Assembly: GCF_000143415.4 (NCBI RefSeq)
Contig: NW_003314274.1
Location: 438,806-502,805, forward strand
DNA: 64,000 nucleotides
DNA from: Selaginella moellendorffii
Lineage: Eukaryota > Plantae > Lycopodiophyta
Direction: 5' to 3'
Both the position numbers and the translations under genes were made by a program. Positions 48,433-61,317 of the stretch are shown here, in pieces (within the stretch, counting starts at the first letter, position 1; every line of letters begins with the position of its first letter). The notes under the pieces are model-generated. The model was not told the origin of the DNA and did no database searches. It was given only the letters and a program-made list of their open reading frames with translations.

Positions 48433-50501
48433 ATGGTGAAGCTTGGGACGTATGCGGCCGCGAGTGTGATTGGCGCCGTGGCTGTGGTCTACCATGCCTT
48501 CTACAGCAGGGAGCAATTCTACCCGGCCATGGTTTACCTCAGCACCTCCAAGATCAGCGTTTTACTGCTCCTCAACTTCGCCTTTGTGGTGCTCTATGCG
48601 GTGTGGCAGCTGATCAAGATGATCTTCCTGGGGTCGCTGCGCGAGGCCGAGGTGGAGCGGCTCAACGAGCAGCTGTGGAGGGAGCTCATGGAGGTTTTGT
48701 TCGCCATGACCATCTTCCGGGAGGAGTTTAACGTGTCCTTCATCGCCATGGTGACAGTGCTCCTGTTTGTCAAGGCCTTCCACTGGCTGGCGCAGAAGAG
48801 GGTGGAGTATATCGAGATCACGCCTACTGTCTCTCGCCTCTCCCACGCCAGGATCGCGTCCTTCATGGCGTTCCTCTTGGTTCTCGACTCAATCTTCGTG
48901 CATTCGTCCGTGTCGTATCTCCTCCGGACGAAGCAGGCATCAGTGTCGCTCTTTTTCGCTTTCGAGTGAGTTCTCCTTGTCGCCTCGAGTTGTAGACGCT
49001 CTATAAAGTTCTTTGGTTTTGCAGGTACGTGATCTTGGCAACTTCGGTCGTCTCTATGTTTCTAAAGTACTCGCTGTATATGGGTGACATGTGGATGGAC
49101 GGCCAGTGGGACAATAAGGCCGTGTATATCTTTTACTTGGAGCTCGTTCGTGATCTGCTCCACCTCTCGCTTTATCTCTTCTTTTTCCTGGTTATCTTCG
49201 TGTACGTTCAAGCTTTTCAAATCCTTTTTTTTTGTCTAATGTTTGTGTTTTTGGCTTGCAGAAACTATGGTCTGCCCCTGCATCTGGTTCGTGAACTCTA
49301 CGAGATCTTTAGAAACTTCAAAGCCAGGGTGACCGACTTTATACGGTATAGAAAAGTGACATCCAACATGAACGAGCGGTTTCCGGATGCCACTGCAGAA
49401 GAGCTGGGACGGTCTGTATTTGTGCTCTTCTTTGCATTTTCTTTTATCTGAGACACGGTTTTTCTTATCGCAGTAGCGATGCGACGTGCATTATTTGTCG
49501 CGAAGAGATGAGCACAGCAAAGAAACTCCCTTGCGGCCATCTTTTCCATGTCCACTGCCTGCGTTCGTGGCTAGAGAGGCAGCAGACTTGTCCGACTTGC
49601 AGATCTCCAGTCATAGCAGCAGAGGGAGGACCGCAGGCTGCATCACAAAGGCAGCAACAGCAAGGCCAGGCACCGGAAGGTATGTGGCATTAGCAGCTCC
49701 TCAAGTGCCAACTTATTTTACCTTCGCTTTTCCAGGACAAGCTACCCCCGCCAACGCCGCGGAAGGCAACGTACCACCGGAGGCTGACCAAGCAAGAGCA
49801 AGGATGCAAGCTGCGGCAGCCGCGGCCGCGCAATATGGCTCGTCTTTTGTTTATCCTGCAACTGGAGCCTCTGGAACAATGAGCTGGTACTTTTTTTCTT
49901 CTTCTCGTTCTCACTCTTTTTTTCTGACTTGGTTAACCAGGTATCCTATGTACCTTCCTCTAGTTCCGCAGAACCAGCAACCTCTTAAAGACGAAGCGGC
50001 ATCGCCACAAGTCGAGAAGAAAGCTACCGCCGACACAGGCGGCAGCTCTAACTCCCCTGGGCAGCTCCACGCTCGACATAACTCCCCTGGGCAGCCGTCG
50101 GTGGCTTTAGGTGACCGCGTCTTCTTTCTGCCAATACTACCAGGGCCTTCTTGGCCCTCACAGTCCAAGTCTGGAGAAAGGTCTGCCGCAACTAGCAGCA
50201 GTCCCCAGCAACAGCAGCAGAGTAACGTCCAACACAAGTACCTCCAAAGCACGATCGAGGTAAGCCACCTCTTTTGCTTTTCTATGTTCTCGTTCTTTTG
50301 GTCTTGTTCTAACTCATGGAATCTCTTGTCTAGCTTCTCCGGCAACAGCTCAACGTAGCACTGGAGCTGCAAAAGAGTATGGGCGACGCGTCGTCTCAAG
50401 AGGAGGAGCAGCATCTAGGAGATAGCGACGAGGCCTTCCGGGATAGGAAAGGAAAGGCCCGTGTCGACGATGAAGGCTCGACTTCGCTCGAAAAGCAGTG
50501 A
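48433..50501 (+). CDS. HRD1: ERAD E3 ubiquitin ligase HRD1
   Basis: QFYPAMVYL, LREAEVERL, KAFHWLA, multiple TM segments, RING-H2 CIICREEM..CGHLFHVHCLRSWLERQQTCPTC. Confidence 0.95.
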
Positions 50502-50580
50502 ATCCAGGCAAGAATTTATTGTTTTTGTTCTTCCTTATCGACGACTCCTACAATAAGAGAGAGGTACATACATAATTTAC

Positions 50581-52542
50581 TCACTTGCGCTCGTCGTTGT
50601 CGTTAGCACCGAACTGCGTGGCATTCCCATTCCAGTACGTGTTGCCTCGCTTGAACATATCGTCGTCCTCGTCGTGCCTCAGAGTGTGGACGTTACTTCC
50701 CCAGCTAGTGCTTGATCTCTTCGCAGGTGGCGGCGCTTTTCTCGAGTTATCAGCGTCATTGATGCTGGGCTTCGAAGCTGGAAGAGAAAATCACATAATG
50801 AGAGCAAGAACAAGAACTAAGAGCAAACCTGCTGGCGATGGCGATGGAGGAGACTTTGGCCTCTCGGAAGGAGAAGCGTTGCCACCACGAACGTAAGAAA
50901 GAGGATTAAGATACGTGAGCCATCGCCCCATGCCACCAGTTGGACTGGAAGGCTTCGAGGGGCTTGTCACAAGCTTGGCATCGCTGCTTGGTACCAGGAT
51001 AAGCACAGCGCGGTAGCCGATATCAAGGTCCACCAGAGCGTTCTCGTAATCTGGAAGACGAGATGTTAAGAGTAGAAAGAAACCATCAACTCTACCTTCA
51101 GCATTGAAGATCTTGCGAGGAAATGGAACCGCAAAGGCGTAGCTCGCGTTGCCATCCGTCCTGTTCTCGTCGACGAAGTATTTCACTGTCCAGAGAGTGT
51201 CGCTCTTCTCAAACTCGCGGCGGATCACTGCTCCATCCGTGAGCTTCACCTGCAAGTGGACCTTGTCTGGGATTCTCAAAGGTCTCGGCTCGGGTGGCGG
51301 TGGCGATGGTGGAGTGGTGGTCTTCTTCTTGGCCACCGGCACTTCGAGCACGCAGCCCTTTACTTCTTCCACAGGCTCCACGCTCTGGTCGGGTGGAGTT
51401 TGGATTTCCTCTTCCACGGCTCGACCGATGGCTGGCGCAGTCAACACAGGCATCTGGCTCGTATCTTCCGAGAGCTCCTCACCACGATCGGACTCGGTTC
51501 GTGGCACTGGTTTCGAGAGCTCGTCACCCGGGTCGGACGTGGTTGCTAGTGTCTCGTTCTTTTCCTCGACTTTGCAAAGAGACGCTTCTTTTAATGCTGG
51601 CAAAGTTTGTGTCGGCTCCTCGGGTTTTGAGGATGCGGCGTTCTGCGGAGTTTCAGGGCTTGATGACAAAGTTTGTGTCGGCTCCTCCGGTTTTGAGGAT
51701 GCGGCGTTCTGCGGAGTTTCAAGGCTTGATGACAAAGTTTGTGTCGGCTCCTCGGGTTTTGAGGATGCGGCGCTTTCCGGAGTTTCAAGGCTTGATGACG
51801 CTGTTGGCATGCCCAACAAAGCAGCCATGGCTGTTTGCACCTATACAGAAGAAGGAAGGAGCGAAGGTGTAATTTATCTATCCAAAACTGAAGGGAAAGG
51901 CTACCTGGAATTGGAACGTATCCACGGCATATTGCAACCTTTTCGAGAGTTCCTCTGGAGTGATGAATCCGTCTACAAAAGCGAGTTGAGAGCAAGAGAA
52001 AAACCAGCAAAGAATCCTTACTTTGCTCCCATAACTTTACACCTTGGTAGCCAATGGCTGTAATGCTAGGCACAGCTGATATAGGATCTGCATTGAGACA
52101 TTGGAAACAAGCTTGATCGTTTCCAAGAAGATCAAAATTGCAAAGCATACATAAAACCGAGAAGTGAAGCGCATCAACGCTTCCATGCACCAAACGAAGA
52201 GCAACAAACTTTTCCAGAATCAAGCTTACAACCTGCGCTTGCGAAAATCGAAGCTCTTCCTTGAAAGTATTGTGAATTCTCTTACCTGCGGCGCTCTCCA
52301 GGTCGTTTCTTCCAGCCTCGCCGACTCCTCGCCATCATCTAAGCCACACATTTTAGGAGAGAATCGAAAGGGGGAAAAGCAAGAGATTGATTACTGGCAA
52401 TGTAGACAAGAAATACTTTGGAGCTCTGCTGCGCGGTAGCTACGGCGCTCGGGATGGATCCCGCGAAGAACAGCGCATCCTGAAAGCCAGCGATGAGACG
52501 ATCGATTGATTGTCGAGAAGCTCTTACACTATTTTGTGACAT
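50581..52542 (-). CDS. PUX11: UBX domain protein (PUX11/UBXN4-erasin-like)
   Basis: FAGSIPSAV N-terminus, UBX with VPFPRK, C-terminal SNVHTL..YWNGNATQFG. Confidence 0.88.
51602..51799 (-). repeat. 3 x 66-bp coding tandem repeat in PUX11
   Basis: SSSxETPxxAASSKPEEPTQTL x3. Confidence 0.95.
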
Positions 52543-52553
52543 AGAGTGCCCAC

Positions 52554-52568
52554 AAACCCTAACCCTAG
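52554..52568. promoter_or_regulatory. Telo-box-like AAACCCTA motifs upstream of PUX11
   Basis: AAACCCTAACCCTAG 12 bp from the ATG. Confidence 0.5.
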
Positions 52569-53000
52569 GTAGGACCAAGTATCCATTGCCATTATATTGT
52601 TTTAAATTGTAAGAAAGTGTGATTCTTCTTCCCGATCTTGCCGGGATCTTTCCCCGGTTCCTTCGGAACTGGAACTGTAAAATTTTCCCGGCAGCCTTAA
52701 TGGAAAGTCAGTTCCAATTTCTACGACGTAGGTGGATTTTCGCCTTGCCGAACCTTGTCCTTTAGTAATTTCAAAAAATTTTGGGAGAATTTCAACACAA
52801 GATGCTGATTCACAAAAAAAAAGCCAAAAGTTTTACCATGAAAGCTTGGACAGGAAAAAGCGCGAGCCAAATTTTATCACATTGCAAGATTGATGATCAA
52901 AGCTTGGACAATGAATGATTCACAGGAAAAAAATCAAGTGTCTATACATTACTAATTAGCTCTCCAGGTACAAATCAATCAGTCGAATCGTTTTCTTCAT

Positions 53001-53561
53001 CTATCTTCCCGTGCTGGATTGATGTGGAAACAGAGCTCTTTGCGGTGTAGGCATGGAGTGGCCGCCACTGCTGCCCTCCTCACTGCCGCCGGCCTCGAGA
53101 TCCACCCCCGCCCAGCCTAGCTCCGCCGCTCTCGCCCTCGCCAGCGACGCCTCTCGCCGCTGCTCGATGTACTTGCGCGTCCGGCACACATAGACCGCAA
53201 GAACCACGAACGCGATCACGAAGAACACTCCCACCGCGATCCCAGCGATCGCCTGGTGCGAGATCGTGATCGTCTCGTCGTCGTCGTCGTCGTTGTTATC
53301 ATCGCTGGATCCGGATCCATCGCCGTCGCTGGAATTGGATTGCTGCAGTAGCCAGCGTCGTCCAATCGATCCAATCGCTGGCTGGATCCGGTGGATCATG
53401 GATCCAGGAACTTCAAACCCGTAGTGGGCGATCTCATATGGTGATTCCTCGGCACCGCCGCCTGGGATCCAGATCGAAAGTAGCAGGAATAGAGAAAGAA
53501 GAAGAAGCAACGCGCTCCTCTGGGTCGCCGCCACCTCTCTGCCAAATAGCGCCATTTTCAT
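53001..53561 (-). CDS. Uncharacterised single-pass membrane protein
   Basis: Hydrophobic signal-like segment, RRWLL, acidic tract, TM AIAGIAVGVFFVIAFVVLAVYV, then a basic stop-transfer segment. Confidence 0.7.
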   Translation of the reverse strand: MKMALFGREVAATQRSALLLLLSLFLLLSIWIPGGGAEESPYEIAHYGFEVPGSMIHRIQPAIGSIGRRWLLQQSNSSDGDGSGSSDDNNDDDDDETITISHQAIAGIAVGVFFVIAFVVLAVYVCRTRKYIEQRREASLARARAAELGWAGVDLEAGGSEEGSSGGHSMPTPQRALFPHQSSTGR

Positions 53562-56500
53562 CGCTGCCAAGATATCAAGCTCGAGTAGAATGGAAGTCTT
53601 TATAGAGAGAGAGACTTGACTCTACGTATTCTTCCACACAATACATGATGCGTGTACGCGACCAGTTCAAAGTTTAAGGTGTCGTATTTCTTGTGAATAG
53701 CGCGTCATAAGAGGGTTGTGCTTGGCCTGGGAAGTCGACAGAACTTTTTTACCTTATATCCGCATGGTCAACCTTTTATAACCCTTCTTTCCGAACATTC
53801 CGAAAGCGCGCACAGATATAATCTAGTCAAGCACGCAGTACAGATGGCAACTCAGACATATATTGATATAAAATACCAGTGACCATTGATAATTATAATA
53901 TCCACAAAGATCATACCGTTCTCCCTGTCCTGTATTCTCTCAAAATACTGCAACCTTCAACATCCATGAAACAGAGCCAGTGAGCAAACACACCACAGCA
54001 TCTGCATGATCACACTGAAGCAGGCAGAAAAGCAAAACTTGGACAATGTACCTTGGTACCGATCCTCACAGTTTTTGTATCCTACTGTTCATTGAAAATC
54101 ACCCCAATCCAAATCCAATTCTTCACAGATTCTGGCAAGCCGCGAACAAAGTAGGGCACACTCGTTTCTTCAAGAGAAAACGCCTAAGCTTCTAGAGATT
54201 TAAAAACTGTTAAAAGAGATCAAGCCAATCTCCAGAGCCTAAGTTGTAGCCAACTCCTCCCATCAAGGAGCCCTTGCTCATGTGCTTGCTAAGAGGATCT
54301 CGATCTCTTGGATGTCCTGGACGTGGTGGTGGCAATGGCGGGGGCAATGGTCGCAATGGTATGGTCACCGCACTGATGATTGTATCTTTTTCCTCTGCAT
54401 GGTGATGTGCTGTCATTTCCGCAAACAAGATCACGAGGTATGAAGTTAGTACTAGAATCCCCCTTTGCCACATGCTCTTGACTCCCACCATGAAAGGTGA
54501 GACTGTCCAGCAGCGGCAGCACACTGGCTACGCCTGCCCATAGATTTTCTGCACTCTATCGAGGGTTGATTATGGAGGTAGTTTTGTAAAGATTTACAGG
54601 TTTCTTTAAAGTGATAAGATTTTTAAAAGAAAGATAATGATCTGCATTTGACTTTAGTGATTGATACATCTAAGATCCTAAGATACATTTGACTAGAGTG
54701 ATAGATCGATAGAGTCTTCTATAATATGATTGCATTTCTAATCCAATAAACCAATTAGTATTTGAAGGTAGTGAGGTGAGAATAATTTTTGAAAGAATTT
54801 TAGCATTCATTCAAGCATAAAGAATAAGACTTTTAGAAGAAAATAAAAAGTGTGAACAACAGGTTGGTTTTCCAAATTAATGTTGGCACAACTTCCCTTT
54901 TTTCATAGTTGTCTAGAAAATCCCCATGACCCAAGGAGCTCAAGATCATAGTAGCCTTAGATTTGTTACTTTTTCCTGTGCAAAAACACCTATATTCTTT
55001 ATCTTCTTATTAAATTTTTCATTAGTACTTCTTCCACATAAAAACTGTTAAAGTAATTAGTTTTTATTTTCATACTGAATGGCTTTCCAGAGGAGCAATC
55101 AAGCACCACCACCATCATTAAACTTTGTGACCTTAAAGTGGTTCTGATGGCTATATATTAGTTGACATTCAAAATGCATTGACTTTATTAAGTAATAATA
55201 TTACTTGATTCAATGGTATGAGAGTTTATTAAAATCCAAACTCAACAAAAATAGAAAAGCAATTATAACATATTTTTTCAACCAAAGATGAAAAAACAAT
55301 ATAACTCTTTAACCTTTACTATGCAAGTAACATGATGTAACCTCTTAAATTTAGATTTCTTGAGAGGTAGTATTATTTAACACTTAACCCTAAGACCCTT
55401 AATAGGTAAGTGCAAGTCTTTTTCCTTTACATTTGAATCATAAACTATCTTAAATAAAACCTAAAACTCTAGAGTGTTTTTAGATGCTAATTAAAAAGCT
55501 TAAAACACACTTTCAAAGAAAGAAAGTGTCAAAAACTATATAAGATAAAATCATTATACACTTTCAAATCATGTTGTCTTGTTAGCTTTGTAAATTAGAG
55601 AAGCAAGAGAAAAGAAATAAACCAAAAATATTTTTTTTTGTATAAAACACATATATTTCTTTAATGGCCTCTTACATCGCCTATATCATTACTATAACTA
55701 TTGATTGTGCCTTCATATAATACTAAAAGAGTGATCACCTAAGGGGAGGCGTTTTGCTATGGTGGCATTAGTTTTGCTCCCCTTCCTTACTCCATATTCA
55801 TTGCTAGTGCTAGAAATTTTAACATGGTTCATATTAACGATAAGGAAGAATATTAAAATTAAAACTTGATTACAAATGAATTAGAACCACTAGATTGGGG
55901 AATATACTATAAAATATACTTGAATATTCTAGATACCTCTTCTTTTATATGTTTTCTAAAGTAAACAAAAAAGATGGAAGAATGTTCTTTTTCAAGGATG
56001 TATCTAATTTGTAAGCTTTTTTGTTTTTTTATTACCATATTCAATTGGATTACAAACTTTTACTAACTTTGATAACTTTCTGATTCAATTATTATTTTGG
56101 GTAAAGACATAATATTTTTTACTTAAATCTGATGATTGAACTAGCTAAATTATTTACTTGAATTTTTTTATTTTTACATACTTAACTATGAAAGCTACTG
56201 TTTTTACCAATGTGCTTTGAGGATACTAGTTTCAAAGTACATATTTGATCTAATTACAACCATAGAGCAATGTCACTAGATTCAGTTTTCCATGATCATC
56301 CCATGTGGATAGAGAGTTCATCACAATGCCATTCGAAAATAGCTAATTAATTATAATTAAGCTCAAAATTATTTTAAGCAAGCACTCTCAACTTGCAAGG
56401 ATCTTACAAAGGAGACATAAAGTAAATTTATAAAGCGATATTTTGTCTGCTACTAAAAATAACATTTCCCAGATGGTAAATCTTACAGTTGAAAAGTAGA

Positions 56501-57895
56501 AAAAAAGCATAAAATGTTAAAGCATACTTTACTAGCACTTCAACTAATGGCAAAGGGGGAGTTATTTTAGGATAATGGATAATCAATATAAAAGCTTACA
56601 AAATACTAGGTAGAGGATCTTTATTTTTAAATCTCTTGTCTCATGCCTGTAAGACTATGTGTATATGAATAAATGAATGAATAACATTGCCACCTCCCTT
56701 AAATTCATATTACATGATAGATGTCTGGACACATTATCAAACAATGAAAAAGCTTCAAAACTATAGATACACAACTAGATAAAAAGTTATCTTATCAACC
56801 AAAATATTATTGGATAAAAAAGCAAGGGCCCTCTAGCTTCTTCGTGAACAAGTTGGGACAAGTACATTTAGGACTAGTACATTTAGGTTTTTGGGCAAAT
56901 CCCAAGATAGTGAGATGAGGTAGTATATTTGTGTATAGTTGGTAGTCGAATTGGCTATTGTCTGTGATAATACAGCATTATTAATAAATTGAACTAAGGC
57001 ACCCGCCTACATGTGGGTGCAGGGCGGGGCGGCCTATTTGGTATAGTACTAAATCGATGTATTTTAATGGTTTAAGGCAACGCTCTTCTAAATTTATGAT
57101 ACTTTGTTTTATAAATTAATTTCAGAATAAAAGCTTGGTATTCAATTATATTGTAATTATGATTTATCATATATTTAAACTGAGTGTTCCTAGTTGTGCT
57201 CTGTCAGGTCGTGCTGCTCCACAGGATCTTTCTCGCTCTGCCACATGATCTTTCTCACCATTAGGTCTGCTGCCTCAATATCAAACCACTTGCACTTGCA
57301 ACCGTGATCCCAAATCCTGAGCGGCTGCACGATCCACTACCTAGCAGCTAGAGCCCATGGAGTGATTCTTCCAGCTGATCAAACACCCAAATCTGGGGGA
57401 ATCATCTTTTCGGTTGTCCAAGAACCCTCTGAAGTGCGCTAAAGTGACGTGGCACACATGATCCCACGTCACTTCAGAGAGGTGCCACTTAAGCGCTAAC
57501 ACCATAATCTCTCTCAAATCCCAGCAATAGCATATTGTAGCACTGACTGTGATGTGGATTTTAATTCAAGGACAGCGATCGACAGCGAAGAACCTATATA
57601 AGAGTGAAAAGATTTAAAGGGCCAACAGGGCATTTTAAAAATTTCCCTTTCCCTTTGTTTTTAAAACGTAGTTTTCGCGCCATTAAGCAGTGATTCCAGG
57701 TAATAGATCCCGGAATCGCAAGCCGGTGCAGTGACGGAGCACATAATCCTTTATTTATTTATTTATTTTTAATTATAATATCGCGGCTTACAGCGTTTGG
57801 GAAGGAGAGGCAGGCAGATTAGGGATATTTGAGGGTAATTGCGTGGTACATTCACCAGAAATTTCTCAAAGCTCTATAGACAAAGAGCCACGCTC

Positions 57896-58576
57896 TCAAA
57901 TCTGTGCGTCCGCAGCATCGGCAACGAATGGCAGCCTCGGAGTTCTTCCCAACACGCACGAAATCACTCCATACGCGAAGCAAGCGACCAAGAACAAGAA
58001 CACGGTGTTGTAGAAGGAGACGAGGAGGCTGTAGCCCAATCCTCTGGCGGGGCCAAATGTCCGCTCCACCAGATTCGGGACAATCGTGAGAACGTCCAGC
58101 ACCACCGCTTGCATCGCGTTGAATCTCACGTAGCGGCTGAAGCTCTGGTTCCTCACCACTGTCAGGTAGAGCACGAAGAAGGCCACAAAGCTCGCGTAGG
58201 GGAAGCTCTTGTAAGCCCGCAGCAGTGGAAACAGAGGCTCCAATGCCTGCTCCAACACGGGGAATTGCATGAAGAGGTAGCGCCCGTATTGGATCCCATC
58301 GAAGAGCGGCAGCAAGTAGCTCACGGCGGCGACGAGCCTGTCCACTGCGTCCACTGAGCCGCCGCCTCTCGCCTCCACCACTGTCAAGCTCCTCCTGGAT
58401 CTAGGGTGTGGAATCCCGGGCCGCAGAGAAATCCTTCCCGGCAAGAAGGATGATAGCACTGCTGATCTGCTGCTGCTATGCCTAATGCTAGAACTAAGGG
58501 GCGTGGATTGGATGTCCCTAGCGATTCCTAGCGGCGGAGAATACCTGGGCAGCGATACTGCCATCGCCATCGCCAT
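57896..58576 (-). CDS. TIC20: Chloroplast inner-envelope translocon Tic20 (Tic20-V-like)
   Basis: Ser/Arg-rich transit peptide; DRLVAAVSYLLPLFDG, SRYVRFNAMQA, PRLPFVADAADAQ. Confidence 0.93.
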   Translation of the reverse strand: MAMAMAVSLPRYSPPLGIARDIQSTPLSSSIRHSSSRSAVLSSFLPGRISLRPGIPHPRSRRSLTVVEARGGGSVDAVDRLVAAVSYLLPLFDGIQYGRYLFMQFPVLEQALEPLFPLLRAYKSFPYASFVAFFVLYLTVVRNQSFSRYVRFNAMQAVVLDVLTIVPNLVERTFGPARGLGYSLLVSFYNTVFLFLVACFAYGVISCVLGRTPRLPFVADAADAQI

Positions 58577-58786
58577 TTTAGGGCAGAAGAGTGCTCCTAG
58601 GAATGGAACAGTGCACCTTCGCTTTCTAAAAAGGTAAGCTTTGCAAACGATAAAGTTAGGTACTCTAAACAAAGCTAATAAAATAGAACCTAGGAATATG
58701 CCTTTTTTATTTGACAACAGGATTCGATCCCGAGCCCGGTTACAAGGGTATAAAGTGTGGCGAGCGGGGATTTTAGGCTATTCGAA

Positions 58787-60967
58787 ATGCGGTGTCCCAA
58801 GTGGGCGAGGAAGGAAATGAGCGCCTCCGAGAAGCTCCAATCCCTCGGCTACGTTGTCAACAAGGATCTCAAGCTTGAAGACGCTCGATCAGGTGATCTT
58901 CGCTGCCATCCCGTGAGATTCCTGCGCGCGATCGATGTTATTGTGTTTGCTTTCTCGGATCGCTTCTCTTTCTTGCGAGCGCGATCGATATTTCGTGCCG
59001 GCAATCGTTCTTTCTTGATGATCTGTGTGCGCGATTGATAATCTAGTGACTCTTCCGCCGTGGATCTTTCTGTGCCGGATTTGAGAGCGCGATCGATATT
59101 TCGATTCGTGCCGGCAATCGTTCTTTCTTGGTGATCTGTGTGCGCAACTGATAACCTCGACTCTTCCGCCATGGATCTTCTTTCTTTCTTGCATCGAGCT
59201 TGCATTGCATGCGCGCCGGGGCATTTTCTGATGTCTTGAGCCTGCATTTCAAGCCTTCTCTTGACGGTTTTCTTCTTACGCAGGCGAACCTTACAGCTTT
59301 GTGAAGGTGAACGCACCGGTTCGAGAGAAGTGTCGATGAATCTTTATTTTTTCAGGAAAGTTACGATGAGGTCGCAGACGCAGTCGCGGAGGTGATCCAC
59401 GAGAAGATGCAAGGGGTTTGTTTGCTCTAATGCTTATTGCTATCACTAACATGTTTTTCCTTCTATAGGCTCCATACCACATGGAAAAGGTGAATCTACC
59501 TTCGCAATCGATCCTGAAGAAAGAGGTCAGCTTCCATCCCTGGATTTCCATGTTATCTATGTTTACTTTCAGGTGCGAGCCCCCGTTTACCTGTCACCAA
59601 ATGCCTATGAAGCTACAACGCTGCTCGTCCTTCTGTGTGGCTCTGGAAGTGTCTCGTAAGTGATTCTCTTATATTCACTCTTTCTAAAGCTGTTAATAAT
59701 CGTCTACAGTGCGGGACAATGGTCAAGAAGACTCTGTATCAACGTACTTTCCTCTTGCTAACTAGCCTAGAACTTTTGTCGAGCCTGCTAATGCTATTTA
59801 CTTCTGCAGGATTCCTTTCGCTCTGGAAGCGTCTTGCCTTTTCTCGGTAAACTGTGTAACTTCGTTTCGAGGTCTTAAGCATTGATATATATGCAGATTG
59901 GGCACACACTCAGAACATGGCCGTGCTCGTTCTCAATCCAAACACCTATCGCCAGAAGGTAGAGCGCAGCAAACGCAAATCAAAGGGCAAGAGGAAGGTA
60001 CATTTCTCGCAACTCTTGGTATTGCATCCAGGTCGATTGTTTCGTAGGTTCCGGCGCATCCGGATGCGCATGTCAGGCATGCATGGGACTTCATTCGCAC
60101 GAAAATGTCAAACATACAGAAGATTGCCATGGTTGCTCACTCTTACGGTGGCGTACAGACATGCCTTCTCTTGGAATACGGAGGTAGCCCGCTGGCTCAT
60201 TAGAAAGATTTGCTATCTATTCGCTGCTATCTTACAGGACAAGGCCTGCTGCAGCGATTACAATGTGTCGCGTTTACTGATTCCGTTCATTCGTCAGATC
60301 ACATCGAGGTGCGTATTTCCTTAATCCAGGATGTGATTGTGATCCAAAATGCTTGTACACGCAGAGCCTCCCGGTTCACGCACAGCACTTCCTCACACAC
60401 AAGTGCATCAACTGGGCAACAAGCTCGAAAAACCTGAACACTCCTCTGGAAAGTCCGTTTCCTCCGATATCCCACTTCAAACCAGAAAAAGCCGCACAGA
60501 GTCTTTTGGTGAAGAAGGGAGGAGGCAGCTCGGCAGCGGGACCTGAGGAAGAAGCTGCACCACCTACTTGGTTTGCTGCTATGGGAGAAGGTGAAATCGT
60601 CGAAGTGAGTCGTGGCGGCAAAACACAGCTCTTCGAGGTCTGGCACGACAATACTACCAAGAACAACGAAGCCATCGTTGACAAGGAAGAACAGGACAGA
60701 TCCAGGAATGGGAAAGCGATTATGGTGGAATCTCCCTCTTCTGACCACGACGAAGAAGTTGACGAGCTGCCCCCAATGAAACCGCAGCCGCCCATGGAAC
60801 AGCAACGATCCACCAACGAAAGCTATCGATGCTTCGTACTGTCAGCTGGGACAACGGTGCACGAGCGGACGACGATGTCAGCCTTCAGGCCCATCTGCGA
60901 GTTCATCGAATACGTCATGAAGCGACTCGAGCACTGCAGCACATACGACACAATCGTGCCGGTTTGA
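58787..60967 (+). CDS. FAM172A: FAM172A/Arb2-domain alpha/beta-hydrolase-like protein, multi-exon
   Basis: LLCGSGSV..GQWSRRLCIN, VLNPN, HVRHAWD, VAHSYGG, VAFTDSVH, NWATS, SAGTTVHE. Confidence 0.8.
58975..59180 (+). repeat. Two ~105-bp tandem copies in intron 1 of the FAM172A-like gene
   Basis: GAGCGCGATCGATATTTCG..GACTCTTCCGCC.TGGATC repeated. Confidence 0.8.
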
Positions 60968-61317
60968 AAGGTCCGTTTTCGAATGGAAATGCCTGTGTTT
61001 TGAAGTGCCGGCCTGCAGGTTTCATCCAGCTCGTCCCTGGAACGTAAGAGTTAGGAAACTCGTCATGCAGAACACGCATCAAATACTCTCTATACTGAAT
61101 CTCTCCAGGAAGCGGTAAATTTCATTGACGGTTCCATTTGATCTGAAGAGCACAACAATCCTTTTTCTTGTATGCAGATAATAAAAAACTTACCGTAGGT
61201 AATGATCATTGGATGTACCTAGCAACGATCTCTGACTCGTAGGAAGCCACACTGTCATTTTCTCATGTTAGTTCCGGATCCATCGAAAAGGTAAATACGA
61301 AAACTTACGCAGCATTT

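Noticed and set aside
54210-54524. Pro-rich 104-aa ORF
   Set aside because: Non-ATG start and no recognisable family; cannot be supported as a gene.
54550-57200. AT-rich block with GC hairpins (~55741-55785, ~56998-57020); possible Helitron or DNA transposon
   Set aside because: No clear termini, TSD or transposase motifs.
59010-59160. Possible intronic C/D snoRNA pair in the FAM172A intron repeat
   Set aside because: C box not conserved in the second copy and no convincing terminal stem or D box.
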